A stretch of 63,973 nt of DNA, the filler included, from Lenisia limosa (taxonomy: Eukaryota > Protista > Breviatea), in assembly GCA_001655205.1 (NCBI GenBank). It is 12 parts of 12 records of this genome, joined end to end, with 100 filler letters (N's around TTAATTAATTAA, not from the genome) between each part and the next. Parts side by side here need not be neighbours in the genome. Positions count along the whole stretch, not along the records: positions 10,495 to 15,173 come from LPNZ01010318.1; positions 15,274 to 21,919 come from LPNZ01007588.1; positions 22,020 to 29,261 come from LPNZ01005341.1; 9 more parts are not named here. One strand, written 5' to 3'. This document shows, piece after piece, positions 11,784 through 25,058 of this stretch; the first letter of the stretch is position 1; each line of letters opens with the position of its first letter. The position numbers were made by a program, and so were the translations under genes. A model generated the notes under the pieces. It was given only the letters and a program-made list of their open reading frames with translations, was not told the DNA's origin and did no database searches.

Positions 11784-12619
11784 ATGGAAGAAAACGCACA
11801 AGATGTGCATGATGATCTTCAGGAGTTGGAATGTCGCGTTTGTAGATGGTCAGTCTTCTTCTCTACTTTGGTTTCATCATGTTATACTTGAAGCATTCTG
11901 TATCTTTAGTGAAAAGGGGACAAACCGACTTATCACCCGATCACCTTCAGCCGCCATTTTGAAATCAATCTTACTCCAGTAGCCCCGCGGATGAGGATGA
12001 GTGCCTTGTTCAACCCTGCCTTTGCAAGGGATCTGTCGCTCATGTCCACTCCTCATGTTTATTGACATGGCTTGACCACAGCCGTACAACCAGTTGTGAA
12101 CTTTGCAAGTATACATACGTGATCAACAGAGGTTTGTGGAGTGGCATTTTGCTTTATCGTATGACTGACTCAAGTTGGTTGCATATCTGCTTAAGTTTAA
12201 TACTATTAACCAGTTTCCACAAAATAACCAGTGAGGCAATGTTGGGTTGGGTGTGTTGTGGGTTACTGCTATGCGTTAGACCTATTCCGACTCAATGATA
12301 GCGGAACATCAGCTGAATTGTGTTTAACTGACTGATCACACATATAACGGGTTGGATTGAAGTTGAAATAAAATCCGTTCTATTGTGGAGTGAATATAGT
12401 GTGTAGTAGTTGGGAGTCAGAATAACTTTTTCAGAACCTATTGCCAACGCACCTGTGATTGTCCCACCCCACCTCATTCTCCAAACCATCCATGAGTATA
12501 AGTCCTTCATTCAAAAAACAGCCCTTGGCATTATCGTAAGTGGAGCGGTGTTTCTTTCCCTCCATTTTCTTATTGCTTGGCTGATGTGGGTGGACAGCTT
12601 CGGCCAGATGCTTTTATAA
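11784..12619 (+). CDS. RING-CH (MARCH-family) membrane E3 ubiquitin ligase
   Basis: Spliced CRVCRCSPADEDECLVQPCLCKGSVAHVHSSCLLTWLDHSRTTSCELCKY is a C4HC3 RINGv motif. Downstream segments are hydrophobic (IVSGAVFLSLHFLIAWLMW). Confidence 0.88.
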
Positions 12620-12692
12620 GGAATAATCGCGTCTGTATTGATTGATTCTTTTCTTTCTATTCCTTCTTTTTCACTTAGCAGAAGGATATCAC

Positions 12693-12794
12693 AGGGCTTC
12701 ACTTCGGTTTGAAAAAGACCGGCAAATTATCGATAGTTTTCGACGACTTATCGATAAATTCAGTCTTTTTTTTTCGAACCGAAGTGAAGCCCTA
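12693..12794. mobile_element. ~100-bp hairpin MITE family P (TA-GGGCTTCACTTCGGTTCGAAAAAGAC…GTCTTTTTCGAACCGAAGTGAAGCCC-TA)
   Basis: Long terminal inverted repeats. Other copies at 8172-8246, 13041-13139, 13571-13660, 14349-14442, 14902-15025 (two partial), 21591-21689, 50694-50791, 54269-54350, 58078-58175 and 60995-61091. Confidence 0.88.
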
Positions 12795-12884
12795 AATATC
12801 ACAAAAGAAAATGGAAATAAACATGCTCAAGATTCAGAACTATGCTAAACGACCGTTTTGATGATCATCCCTGACCCCGTAGGG

Positions 12885-14865
12885 CCTTCCTGTTATCACG
12901 GTGATCTTGACAGCAACAACAAGACCGTTGTTTTTAGCCCCTATTGACCTCTCGGACTTCAGCTGGCCGTTCAGTGATGCGTGGGTGTTGCTTCCGTGAA
13001 AGTTATATTTGCCCTTTGACCAGATACATCGTGTTACAAGTAGGACTTTACTTGGGTTCAAAAAAAACTGAATTTCTTGAAAAATCCTCGAAAACTATCG
13101 ATATTTTACCTGTCTTTTTCGAATCGAAGTGAAGCCCTAGTTATCAGCTCTCGTTTTTATATTGATTTGGCGGTGTCGCTACCCTTAAGTTAAGTTTCGT
13201 AGTGCTTGGCGTAAATGACATTCTAAAAGTCCTCTTTAATCCACCCGCCCNNNNNNNNNNNNNNNNNNNNNNNNNNNNNNNNNNNNNNNNNNNNNNNNNN
13301 NNNNNNNNNNNNNNNNNNNNNNNNNNNNNNNNNNNNNNNNNNNNNNNNNNNNNNNNNNNNNNNNNNNNNNNNNNNNNNNNNCCTTTGTTCTGTTCGCTCT
13401 GCTCGTTCTTATTTCAACGCTTTCATCAGGAGTTGAGAAGTGGAAGGTTTGAGGGGCATAAGCGGACAGTGGAAAGTGGGAACTGTTTGAATTCATCTCG
13501 CTAAATGAAGTTTTTGTATAAGAATATGGAATTAGAGTCAAGAAGGTTTGGTCTTTTCTCTGTGCTATTTCCTTCACTTTTCGGTTCCAAAAGAAATGGA
13601 AGTCGATATCGAGAATTGATCGAGAATTCAGTCTTTTTTTGGAACCGAAAGAAAGCCCTACTATTTTCCCATGAAAAGAGGCAAGATGTTAGCTTTGAAC
13701 AGATTTGGTCATTTTGTTCTTTTCTTGACCCTCCAGTCTTCACTTGCACCCCATCCCAATACAAACCCGGAGAGAGCGACTGTGAGTCTTTCTTCTTGTT
13801 CTTCTTGTGGTAAAATTAGGGCTATTGACAAAATTTGAAATTAAAAATGTCTGAAATTGAGTTTACAGTACAATATATTCACATTTATCAATTAATTGCA
13901 TGGAGCCCTAGGTAAAATGCTTCAAAAGCGACTATCAATCTATCTTTTTATTCGAGAGTTGTCATTAATTATGTAGGTGATGATGAAATTTGCCTCATAC
14001 AAGGCTGTAGATCCATCTTACGAGGGGTTTTCTGCCAATTTCTGTGTCAACCCATTTGTTCCGGTAAGTTGGTTCATTGCTCTCTTTTTGGGAATGCAAT
14101 TGAAAAAAATATAATCATAGGAAACAAGAAAAATACATAAGGATACCATCAACAAATATTACCATTCCCCTGCGCGCATACTCCTTCATAGTTTAACTGT
14201 TTTTTTACGCTCCACTGATATCGCGGGTGTCATGCGAACTCGTTGCCTATTGTCCTAATAATATCGATATCTCCATGCGTTTTTTGAGATGTGCATGCGT
14301 CTTTTCGATTTGTCTTCTCGATGCGTTTTTCGACTAGGTCGTATTTGTTGGACATCATTTCGGTTCAAAAAAAAAGACTAACTTTCTCGTTAAATCTTCG
14401 AAAATTATTTTACCAATCTTTTTCGAACCGAAGTGAAGCCCGAGTTGGAGAGTGGAGACAGTTCTCATGAACAGGTGGACGACCAGTTCGTGTCAGCGAT
14501 GATGGCAGTCATGCGAATGGACAAGGTGGTGCTCGAGTTCAACACCACTCTCTCCGCTGTTGTCAGGGTGGGGGGTACAATGAAGCAAATTTCGATGAAG
14601 AATATTAGCGAAAAAGTACTAATCACGAACAGAATAATTTTCGAGGGGGTAGAGGTGGGGGTAGGGCTGTTTTAGATCCATTAGTTGTTATCTTGCCTTC
14701 TTTATATGGAGAAGGCTGGTAAAACAGTACTATATTCTTGAAATATTACCAGCCTTTCATTATACCGATAGGTCCCAAACCTCCTTCTTTTAACACGATT
14801 CAGGCAAAACGAATGGGCAAGCTTGCCACCAAGAAGCACTTCTCTACAATGCTCACACTCATTGT
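12885..14865 (+). CDS. Multi-exon hypothetical protein, partial
   Basis: Candidate exons KAVDPSYEGFSANFCVNPFVP|gtaag, VDDQFVSAMMAVMRMDKVVLEFNTTLSAVVR|gtggg and AKRMGKLATKKHFSTMLTLI|gtgag. No family recognised. Confidence 0.45.
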
Positions 14866-15404
14866 GAGCCGGAATTGCATTCGTATTCTTTAGTGATAGT
14901 TGGCTTCCCTTCGGTCCGAAAAAGACCTATAAAATATCATATTTATCGAAAATATTCGGTTGTTTAGCCCCAGGGATAGGGTTTCACTTCGGTTCGAAAA
15001 AGACCTGGTATTCCCAAGATATCAACACCAGTTACTCTCTTTTGAGAATAAAATACAATAATCTAAGGATACACCGTTATATCATAAATGAAAATACAAT
15101 AATCCATGGATACTATATATATATATGCATATGTTTTATGGGGTAAAAAAATCTCTGTGACATCCTCAAGCGANNNNNNNNNNNNNNNNNNNNNNNNNNN
15201 NNNNNNNNNNNNNNNNNTTAATTAATTAANNNNNNNNNNNNNNNNNNNNNNNNNNNNNNNNNNNNNNNNNNNNTAAGAGAAGGGAACAGAAGAAGGTGCG
15301 GGGGAAGGGATAGAGTCGCAAAACGATCGAGAGAGAAGAAAAGGGTAGTAAAACAAGCGAATTCCAAAAAGCAAGAACTAGAAATGAACACAAATCCCAA
15401 CGCC

Positions 15405-18400
15405 CCACCTTCATTTTGCCCAATTTTGCGTTAGCCAAATCGGCAAGAGACACGACCTTTCCAGAAATAGCCTCCTCATCAGGACTCATGACCGCTCCCT
15501 CTGAAAGCGTCTTCGCCTTTTCGAGTGTAAGTANNNNNNNNNNNNNNNNNNNNNNNNNNNNNNNNNNNNNNNNNNNNNNNNNNNNNNNNNNNNNNNNNNN
15601 NNNNNNNNNNNNNNNNNNNNNNNNNNNNNNNNNNNNNNNNNNNNNNNNNNNNNNNNNNNNNNNNNNNNNNNNNNNNNNNNNNNNNNNNNNNNNNNNNNNN
15701 NNNNNNNNNNNNNNNNNNNNNNNNNNNNNNNNNNNNNNNNNNNNNNNNNNNNGAATCTTTATGAAACACAAAAAGCCCAAAATCAACTCGGTTGGCTGAC
15801 AACACACAAGGGTTGATAGCTTGATGAAGAAGATTTAAGTATGAGCGTTGAGAATCTCTTGATCCAAGAGGATGATCCTCTTATTTATTGTAAAGGCGCT
15901 ATTAACCCCCCAGAAAACGCCACGCACAACATTGGAGTCTTCGTCCTGCGTCTCNNNNNNNNNNNNNNNNNNNNNNNNNNNNNNNNNNNNNNNNNNNNNN
16001 NNNNNNNNNNNNNNNNNNNNNNNNNNNNNNNNNNNNNNNNNNNNNNNNNNNNNNNNNNNNNNNNNNNNNNNNNNNNNNNNNNNNNNNNNNNNNNNNNNNN
16101 NNNNNNNNNNNNNNNNGTACAGCATGACGCTCACCTGGGGATAGAAGGGCAAGTCGTGGGGGAACTGAATGAACGCAAATCGCTGTGTGTCTGGGGCCAG
16201 GGCGGTCTAAGGGGTCAGATACATTACAATATAATACGGACACTGAAGAAAGATGTGCTACCCCTGAATAAATCCTCAACTTCCTAACCCCTCCCCCCCA
16301 CGCCGTCGTTGTTTGTGAGAAGGGCCGCTCCCGGAGAAAACAAGTCATCCAAAATCTTTTCAGCAGCACCCTCTAAATTGCGTTAAAAAGAAAAGACTGC
16401 AATGAAAGGGCTGAATAAGGACTAACACAAATGAACAATGGAAATATATTTTCCTGAACCCTTGCCCAAAAAAAGGACCAAACTAACCTATTATTGGACC
16501 TTGTAATTGTTCTTATTTTGAATGTTAACTACACAATATTTTTTTTTTGTCGCATTTTAATGTCATAAAAATGTGACAGTAACACCTCGACACCCTTCCC
16601 GACCTCTTTCCTCGGCCTTGGCGAAGTTTTTGATACTCTGTTCAGGCCAGGGGATGACATCGGGACCTCTGCTGCCGTCCTGATGTGTCATAAATGTAAT
16701 GATGAATTCATGTAATGTGTGTTATACTCTTCCTCAGTATACCCTCAGTATACCCTCAGTATGGTATCCCTATGTGTTATTTGTTTCCTCAGATTTCTNN
16801 NNNNNNNNNNNNNNNNNNNNNNNNNNNNNNNNNNNNNNNNNNNNNNNNNNNNNNNNNNNNNNNNAATGTATACTATTTCTCTTGTTAACCCCCGCCCACA
16901 GGAACCCATTCGCCCCGGTCGTTGTGAAGCGGAATCTGCTCAACCTCCTCCATTTGCTACTCGGGTAAACGGTGCTGTCTTTCAACATGGTTACCTCAGG
17001 GCCCAAGGAACACGTTGAATTACTATCTTGATCCCCAGACATACATCAGGAGAGCCGCCAACATTGGCGGGAGCAGTGAATTTGNNNNNNNNNNNNNNNN
17101 NNNNNNNNNNNNNNNNNNNNNNNNNNNNNNNNNNNNNNNNNNNNNNNNNNNNNNNNNNNNNNNNNNNNNNNNNNNNNNNNNNNNNNNNNNNNNNNNNNNN
17201 NNNNNNNNNNNNNNNNNNNNNNNNNNNNNNNNNNNNNNNNNNNNNNNNNNNNNNNNNNNNNNNNNNNNNNNNNNTGTTTTCTGCACCTCTCCTCCCCCAC
17301 TATTCCTTTGGGCGTCAGCAGAGAAGGCGACAGCGCCATGTACGGCAGCACCACGTCCTCCTCTGCCCCTTCCGCGACCGCGACCTCTTCCGCGCTCCTC
17401 TTTGAAGGGCATCTTCGGCTACAGACTTAAGGCCCGCTCGGGGTGATTCAATGACCATGTTGAAAAGCAAATTTTACTATTATTAAGATACAGCAAAAAC
17501 ATATGATCGTCTGTATGTGAAGCGAGATAATGCAGACAAGTAGTCAGAAAAATCCAGACAAGTCTGCAACAAGAACAACAGCATACCTTTGCACTGTCAA
17601 TAACCTTAACTCGGGTCTGAGGGGCTTTTGGTTTGAAGGCGCCCTAGGTAGTTAGGATTGTAAGATAAATGGATCGCAACGTACTTATGGATGATCATCG
17701 ATGAATCGAAAAACACACATTTTACATAATATAGCAGAGGATACTATACTATCAAAACTATAGAAAATATGATATGCATGAGTGATCAAGACCAATCAGT
17801 ATACCATGCCGCGCGCTGCAGACAAGGCGCCACCGCGTGCCCTCAGAGCTGGGGGGCTTCCGCGACCTGCCGGGGCTCCCCTGGGGGGTAAATCACAACA
17901 AAGAAAGTGAATGTCTGAACGAATATCGTTATTTAAGGCAATAATCAACAAGATTGGTCAACCATTGTAAAACGAACGAAACATGATAAAGGATAAAGGA
18001 TATTCCAGTAAAGGTATCCTTAGATATCATAATCAAAATAAGATTAGAAGACCTCCTTCATTATGTTCAAAAAGCAGACAAAACAGAACATTTCAAGAAC
18101 AGTCTGTATTGTGGCCGAAGGGTGTCATCACAGCCCGGTACCTTGGAGGAGGGGACCCTCGCGAGGCTGGGCCGCCCCGGGGTGCGCCGCCGCGAGGAAC
18201 TGAACCCCGTCCGCGGGCTGGGGGGATAAAATGGCAAAATTGTGAATAATAATAATAAAAAAGCCCAAAATCAATTGGCTAGAAACACATGAAGATTGAA
18301 AACCACAAAACAAACAAAGCACAGCCTGCCGAATCCCATCTCTCCAGGAAGGGGGGGGGGGATATTGAAAATAGCGATGGATGATGGGTGAGGAACAAAA

Positions 18401-18900
18401 CAAAATAAATGAGCTACATGAAAAAGGGATATTAAAAAAAGGTAAATGTATCTGCGATGATTTGAGATAGAGGAACGATAGCAAACAAAACGTTTGTTTA
18501 TAACGCCAATATTGGCATCAATCAGAACAGAGGGGGGGGGGGACCGTTTAGAGGCACTTTTGTGACGGGAGATTGCCTTGTATTTGGTGGTATATACACG
18601 GATATACCATAGGATGTGTTAATGGGGGAAACTAAAAAAAAATTTCCAGATAGCAAACAAATGTCCAACACAAATAATGAGGGATTGCGAAAAACAATCA
18701 TCCTCATTACTTGGGGAGACCGAATGTAACTATAAGACTCATTGAAGATCAATAAACACAAAGGGGTTATACCTTCAGAATCACACAGTGTGAGAGCGTG
18801 ATACTATATTGGATTCAATGCAACAGTCATGAAATGCATGTCGCATACCTTTGCCTCTGCCGCGAGGAGGCACTCCAGGTTCACTCTTGATGGGCACAGA
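15405..18900 (-). CDS. Probable RNA polymerase III subunit RPC4 (C53)-like protein, 3' end missing
   Basis: RG-rich N-terminal exons (ERGRGRGRGRGRGGRGAAVHGAVAF) and a distal exon VVSLADLANAKLGKMK|gt resembling the RPC4 C-terminal L..L..G..GK..V.KSG motif. The following KSG exon would lie beyond the scaffold end. Confidence 0.45.
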
Positions 18901-19276
18901 GTCTCCCATAGTGACTTAAAAGGGTACTAACCAGGCTAACTGCTGCCGTGAAGAGTCCGAGAAAACTTGGGGGTATCACATGCACAGAAGAGGGATACTG
19001 TTGGGAGGGAAGCAGAGGTGGTTGTGTTGTCGGTCTGCTGAGCTGAGCTTCTACACCAGTTTTTCTTAATGTTCACAATGGCTGATGGCAGAAGAGGGAA
19101 ATAATTGTGAAAACCAGAGGGTAAAATAGAAGAAAACGTGAATTGATTCTACTTCTTGTCTGAAAATTGATCTTTAAAACACCCTCTTATGATCTAGTAA
19201 AGACGACAAATATCAACGACATATTGTAATAGTACTCGAATCGTGAGGGTTACCTGTTTTTTTGTTCCCCAAAATC

Positions 19277-21800
19277 ATGCTGGGCAGACTGTAAGCTAAA
19301 GCCGTGTTTTAGGCGTTTTGTAATGACTTCAGACAAAACAAGATCCTTAATCGGCCGGAAGCCGTCAGTAAGGTATATGAAGCTACCAACCAGGATGCGT
19401 GGGGCGCCAGATCCACCCTCATGAATGAACTTGCTGAAATGACGTACAACAGGTAAGGCCAGGTACATGTATAGACCTTTTATTTTCGCAGGGTCCAGTT
19501 TGATCAGATTCTCTCCACCATCTTCCTTCGTTTCGACGAAAAGGGCAAGAATTGGAGGGCTGTAATGAAGGTTTGTGACTGTTATTATTGGGCCGCTGAT
19601 AATTTACAGGCTCTCCTCCTCCTGGAGTATCTTGTGAAGGGTGGATCAGAGGACGTTGCAAAGTTCGCTTTGGAGCGCATCTACGCCATTAACACGCTCA
19701 AAGTAGGCGGTTAAGAGTGGTGGAGAACTGTTAATCTACTTGATAAAAAAAAGAGATTCATTATTTCGGATTTTAAAATGTCCATACTGTAGAACGATTA
19801 TCGTAATGCAACTCTCTTGGACTTCTAACAACATCATATATTTGCTACTTCATAAATAGAGTTGGCTCAGATACCATTGTTACAAGATGTCATTGTTGTT
19901 ATTCCATTTTTTATCCCGTAGTCTCGGCTTTTTAAACATAGATCCAGAATAATACCAACCCTTTACCCTCGAAAAGGACTGTTTTTTCTTGATATGATGG
20001 AAGTTAGACATTTCAAATATTTTGAAACAGTTGAAGTCTATCATGTTTTACAAGAATTCCCCCTCACTCATTCCCATCATGCAAGTATATAACTTCTCCC
20101 CCAGTCCTTCAATTACGTGGACCCAAAGACGCAGACCGACCACGGACTCAGCATCAGAACCCGTGCCGGAAAGGTCGGTAATGGCGAGCTCTATGTTCTT
20201 GAGCAAAAATCAGGATATATAATCCTTGTGATTCGTAATAGAGCATAAATAATATTCCCAGCTACGGCAGATCTGTATATATTGCTGTATCAAGAGACGT
20301 ATTTCGAGATGATGTAAATCGCAGAGTTCTTTGACGTTTCTTTGACATTTCTTCCTTGAAATGGAGAGTATAGATAACAATCTAACATGAAGCATTCATC
20401 CTGGTGTTCTGAGAAGAATCCCAGTCACTTGTTTACCACTCCCCAAGACAGTATTGACCTCTTCAGCTCACCGAGCTCCTCCAAGATAAGGACCTCTATA
20501 ATGACGAAAGGGAAAAGGCCAAAAGAAATAAAGACAAATTCCATGGTGGGGTTAGGATTATACTTAGCAATTTCTGGATATTTAGTATTTCAAGGGACAT
20601 TTTCGATTTTGATGGGTAACAAAGGCGTAGCCTTGTAAAAGAGTCGCAATATCCATCAATGCAAAAGAGTTGCAATATCCATCAATTACACATCTCACCC
20701 AGGTTCCTATTTGACTCCTCTCCCCTCCCTATCAATATAGTGTTTTGTTTTTGTTTTCAAGTCAAATTTTAGCCAACAGAGCTGATCTTGGGGTTTTTTT
20801 TTACCCAAAACAAAACATTCTGTTACCCACCCTAGGATCTGGTCCGTCGGCAGTCGGAAGCGGGTCGTACGCCCAGTCGCCTGGGGGCAGCAGATATGGC
20901 GGGTTCAGTTCCCAGGATGCCAGGAAAGAACGTGGGTGGATTGAGAGCTATCATAGATCTAAACACATGACTTTACTTACTGTTTAGGTGCACCAACACC
21001 CATTGAAGCTCCCAAAGAGGACGAGGAGACAAGTCTCCATCATCCCAACAACGACACTGTCAAAGTCGACCTTTTTGCTGCAGCCACTTCAGACAATTAC
21101 TCTGACACAATGCAAGGTATTCCGTTGTGCTACTGGTATTGCCTTGCTTGACACCGTTGTTCACCACCCACAACCCCTACCCCTAATATCTTGATTTTGG
21201 GCCTTTTTTGTTTCATAAATTTTACAATTTTACTCCCCCCCCCCCCCCCNNNNNNNNNNNNNNNNNNNNNNNNNNNNNNNNNNNNNNNNNNNNNNNNNNN
21301 NNNNNNNNNNNNNNNNNNNNNNNNNNNNNNNNNNNNNNNNNNNNNNNNNNNNNNNNNNNNNNNNNNNNNNNNNNNNNTTTTTTTGTTTCGTAATTTTTTT
21401 TAAATTGTGCCCCTCCCCCTCACGCCTACAGCTCCGCGGCCGCCTAGTAGGGGCTCAGCTGACGACCCGTTTTCGCCCATTCCTGATGCCGAGCACACGC
21501 CACCCCCTGTTAACTTATTTGACGAGGTTCTCGCCCGTGACCCTTGTTTGCTGGGGAGAGGAAAAGCAGAATGTGTTCCATATATAAAACTAGAGCTTCA
21601 CTTTCGTTACAAAAGGCTGACAAAATATCGATATTTATCCAGGATTTATCGAGAGTTCAGTCTTTTTTGGAACCGAAAATGAAGCTCTACTCCCAAACAT
21701 GGTGTCTAATGGGCGTTTTCTTACTCCTCCAGCTCCCCAAGTAGACCCCTTTTCCACACCCGACATATTTTCCTCCCCATCTCCCGCTACTGCTGGTATG
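19277..21800 (+). CDS. Epsin/epsinR-type ENTH-domain clathrin adaptor, 3' partial
   Basis: ENTH exons: SKVYEATNQDAWGARSTLMNELAEMTYN; EKGKNWRAVMK; ALLLLEYLVKGGSE; DHGLSIRTRA; LTELLQDKDLYNDEREKAKRNKDKF. Then YGGFSS and a tail with DLF and DPF motifs. Start codon uncertain. Confidence 0.92.
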
Positions 21801-22019
21801 GGTGACATGATGCATAGCATATTGCCTGGAAAAGCTCAATAACAGAAACATAGTGTCAGTCTCTTTTGGTACTGCGCGGACCTTTCCTTTTGCAGACTAC
21901 AGGTTTCTACTGACCCCCCNNNNNNNNNNNNNNNNNNNNNNNNNNNNNNNNNNNNNNNNNNNNTTAATTAATTAANNNNNNNNNNNNNNNNNNNNNNNNN
22001 NNNNNNNNNNNNNNNNNNN

Positions 22020-23803
22020 CTCCGACCCCCATATTGCTCCTCCATCGCAAGATGGAAGAGACAGAAGAGCTGAAATTGCTCATTCGAGAAGAGACGCGGT
22101 GAGCCTCATGTTACATCTCTAATTACAAGCACTGAATTTTCAGTAGTCCTTATGAATATTTCTCCCCTATTACCCTCACCAGCCCCGCCCATGGTCATCT
22201 CAATATTCACCCCTTTTTCTTGTCCTCTCATCGTCCTCAAACCTCAGTGACACGGAGTCCATAAAGACTGAAATCAGTTCTCGTGAGTAGTGTTAATTGG
22301 AACGGATGTGACAATTTGATGGTCCTGGACGGTTTCTCTTCTATTTCCCGTATGTAATTTGTATTGTCTAAACTTGCTTTCAACCACTTTTTCACCACCT
22401 CAGCTGTATCGGATTCTGGAGAAATCAACCCGGCAATATATCGATTTCAACTCACCGGTGTTGTGCGAGCCAAACGCCAGGAATTAATGAAAGGTTGGCA
22501 TTGACTCAGCATCAGCCTTCAAGACCTTGAGCATGGACACACAATCAATACTTACAAAATATCGATATGTAATAGTATAGTATATAGTATTATTGAGAAG
22601 AATGACATGCCATCGTAGTATGACATTGACCGGGTGTCGGCAAAGTCCCCATCGAGCCACAGATCAATGTCTGACTCGACGCCATCGATCTTCTTTCGGT
22701 CAAGTGTCAACCATCAGAAGACGGGGGGAAGGCTTGGAGGTGGTAGCTGCACGCTTCCTAGCACTAGTTCGGGTACTAGTGTCCAATGTTGTTTCATATC
22801 TTGAAAAAAAGCGATGTTAACCACACTTTTGCAGCTAAATCGTGTTTTTTTTTCTCATAATGGCAATTTTTTTCAAATAAATATGACATTTTTCATATAA
22901 AGTATGATATGTCAAAAAAATATATATATGATATAGATATCATATATAGTATTACTTTTGCAACATTTAACTCTTAATAAGTGTTTCCTTCCGTTTCCTC
23001 CAAATGTGACTGCTTTGATAATACGATTCATTTGGTAGACAGAAAAATTTTCTAGTTATGGAAAATAATAATGAAGGAAACAAAGAAACAAAGGAATACA
23101 CCATAAACACCTTTTTTGAAGGGGAAATATATTTGAAAATAATCTTGTGAGAATTGAAAACGAGACCTAGAGGTGAAAAGTGTATGTTTTGTACTCACTC
23201 GCTCTCGCTCTCACCCCCCCCNNNNNNNNNNNNNNNNNNNNNNNNNNNNNNNNNNNNNNNNNNNNNNNNNNNNNNNNNNNNNNNNNNNNNNACATTACAA
23301 TTTAGTACATGTTTGACTTTGATTTTAGAGTTTGGTACCTGCGTTCTTTTTCTAAAATTCTGCATAATGCAGGAGAGTATATTTCCAATGATACATTCAA
23401 CAGACTTGTCTTTGCACTTCAGGTTTCTCATTTTTTTGTAGTTTCACTGACAATCACACACTCACACATACCACATTATGCATATCATATGTATAGTATA
23501 CATATGATATATCGATAGTATATCTATATATCTAGTATATAAATATTTAATGCTCCGGACATCATTCAGAATTCACCGGATACATTAAAACTCCCGGATA
23601 GCGTGAATTTTTCATGTAAAATTTTGCTTTTTATTACGAAAGAATTAAAGGAAATTAAACAGGTTTTAACATTTTTACACTTTAACCAAGAGGCACAAAT
23701 GAACACGAGAAGCGACTTTATTCTTGTAGGCTCTCTAGAAAAAGATGATCAGCCTGCTAACCCTGGGGTTGTCTCCTCAATGAAAGATAAAAAATTGAAG
23801 TGA
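22020..23803 (+). CDS. Multi-exon hypothetical protein, 3' part
   Basis: Several AG/GT-bounded open segments ending in SLEKDDQPANPGVVSSMKDKKLK*. No family recognised. Confidence 0.35.
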
Positions 23804-25058
23804 TAGATTTCAACATAAAACTCCAAATAACTCACTTGGAATTTACAGCCCTGGCTCCAAACTTTCCTCTTTGGATGACGCCACCGCATTCCTCCGAGGT
23901 TTTTAATTTTAGTTTAATTGTATATAATAGCAGCTTTGACTACATCTGACAGTACTTAGATGGGGTTTGGAGAATTTCCCTAAAATCACCTTTAATTGGA
24001 CTCCCCGCTTTAAAAAGGTTTTTACCCCATCAAAATCCATGCCTTGCCTGATCCCCTGTCATCTTTGGATTCCTCTTTGCTTTGGCTATTTGATGGTGAA
24101 TTTTGAGAGAGAAATGCTCCAAATACTGGAAAGAAAAATAAGCATACCTGGGGTGAAGGCGACTCGAGAGGAATCGGCCTTGGAGGGGTGCGGAGAAATA
24201 AATGACGTATGCTGGAATAATCTAGTCGAGGCAGGTGTGCCGTGCCGTCTTCGGGTGAGGGCAGGAGGGNNNNNNNNNNNNNNNNNNNNNNNNNNNNNNN
24301 NNNNNNNNNNNNNNNNNNNNNNNNNNNNNNNNNNNNNNNNNNNNNNNNNNNNNNNNNNNNNNNNNNNAGCACTTTCTATGAGTGCAAACTTTCCCAGATA
24401 GTTGCCGTTTATTCCTTGAATGTGGCCTTATAAAACAGCTTCGTGTGTTTTTGGCAGTATAAGGGCTTCCAACAATGTGCTCCCAAAGATTGAGGATGAG
24501 GAGGCTCATAATACCCTTGTCCTGTCCCACCGTGGTAATGGGGGGTGGACAACTTCAGGGTATTCGGCTCCTAGATTAAGGGCTTGAATCTGGTATCCGC
24601 CGGGTAGATGTTTTCTTCGAGAGAAATGAAAGAGGCTTTGACCAACAATAGCACATCATAGGTAGATACCGTTGACGCCATCAACCGAAGTACCTTCAGC
24701 TCCCCTTTCTTCCATATGGGTTGTGGTGAACGCAAGAAAGGGTAAGCCTAGGTCGAAATGATATTATCTTTAAAAGTGAAATGTTTCCTTACATCCCAGA
24801 AGTAACACTCCTCTCTGCAAGGAGTTCAACACTTTCGAGAGAAGCCTGCAGCCATAGACACGCCTGCCTTATTTGTATGCGCCAGGGTCACCTGTAAAAG
24901 CCTGTTTTAAGGTAAAACAGGGCCCTATTAAGGCTGATTAGTTGTTGGTACATTCATGTTTTCAGTCTTTTCTCGGTGCAAGTCTCATCAAAGTAAAGGT
25001 GCAATAACAGAACAACTCTTGACAATACACAGGGCCCCGGAGGACCGAAGGCAGGAAT

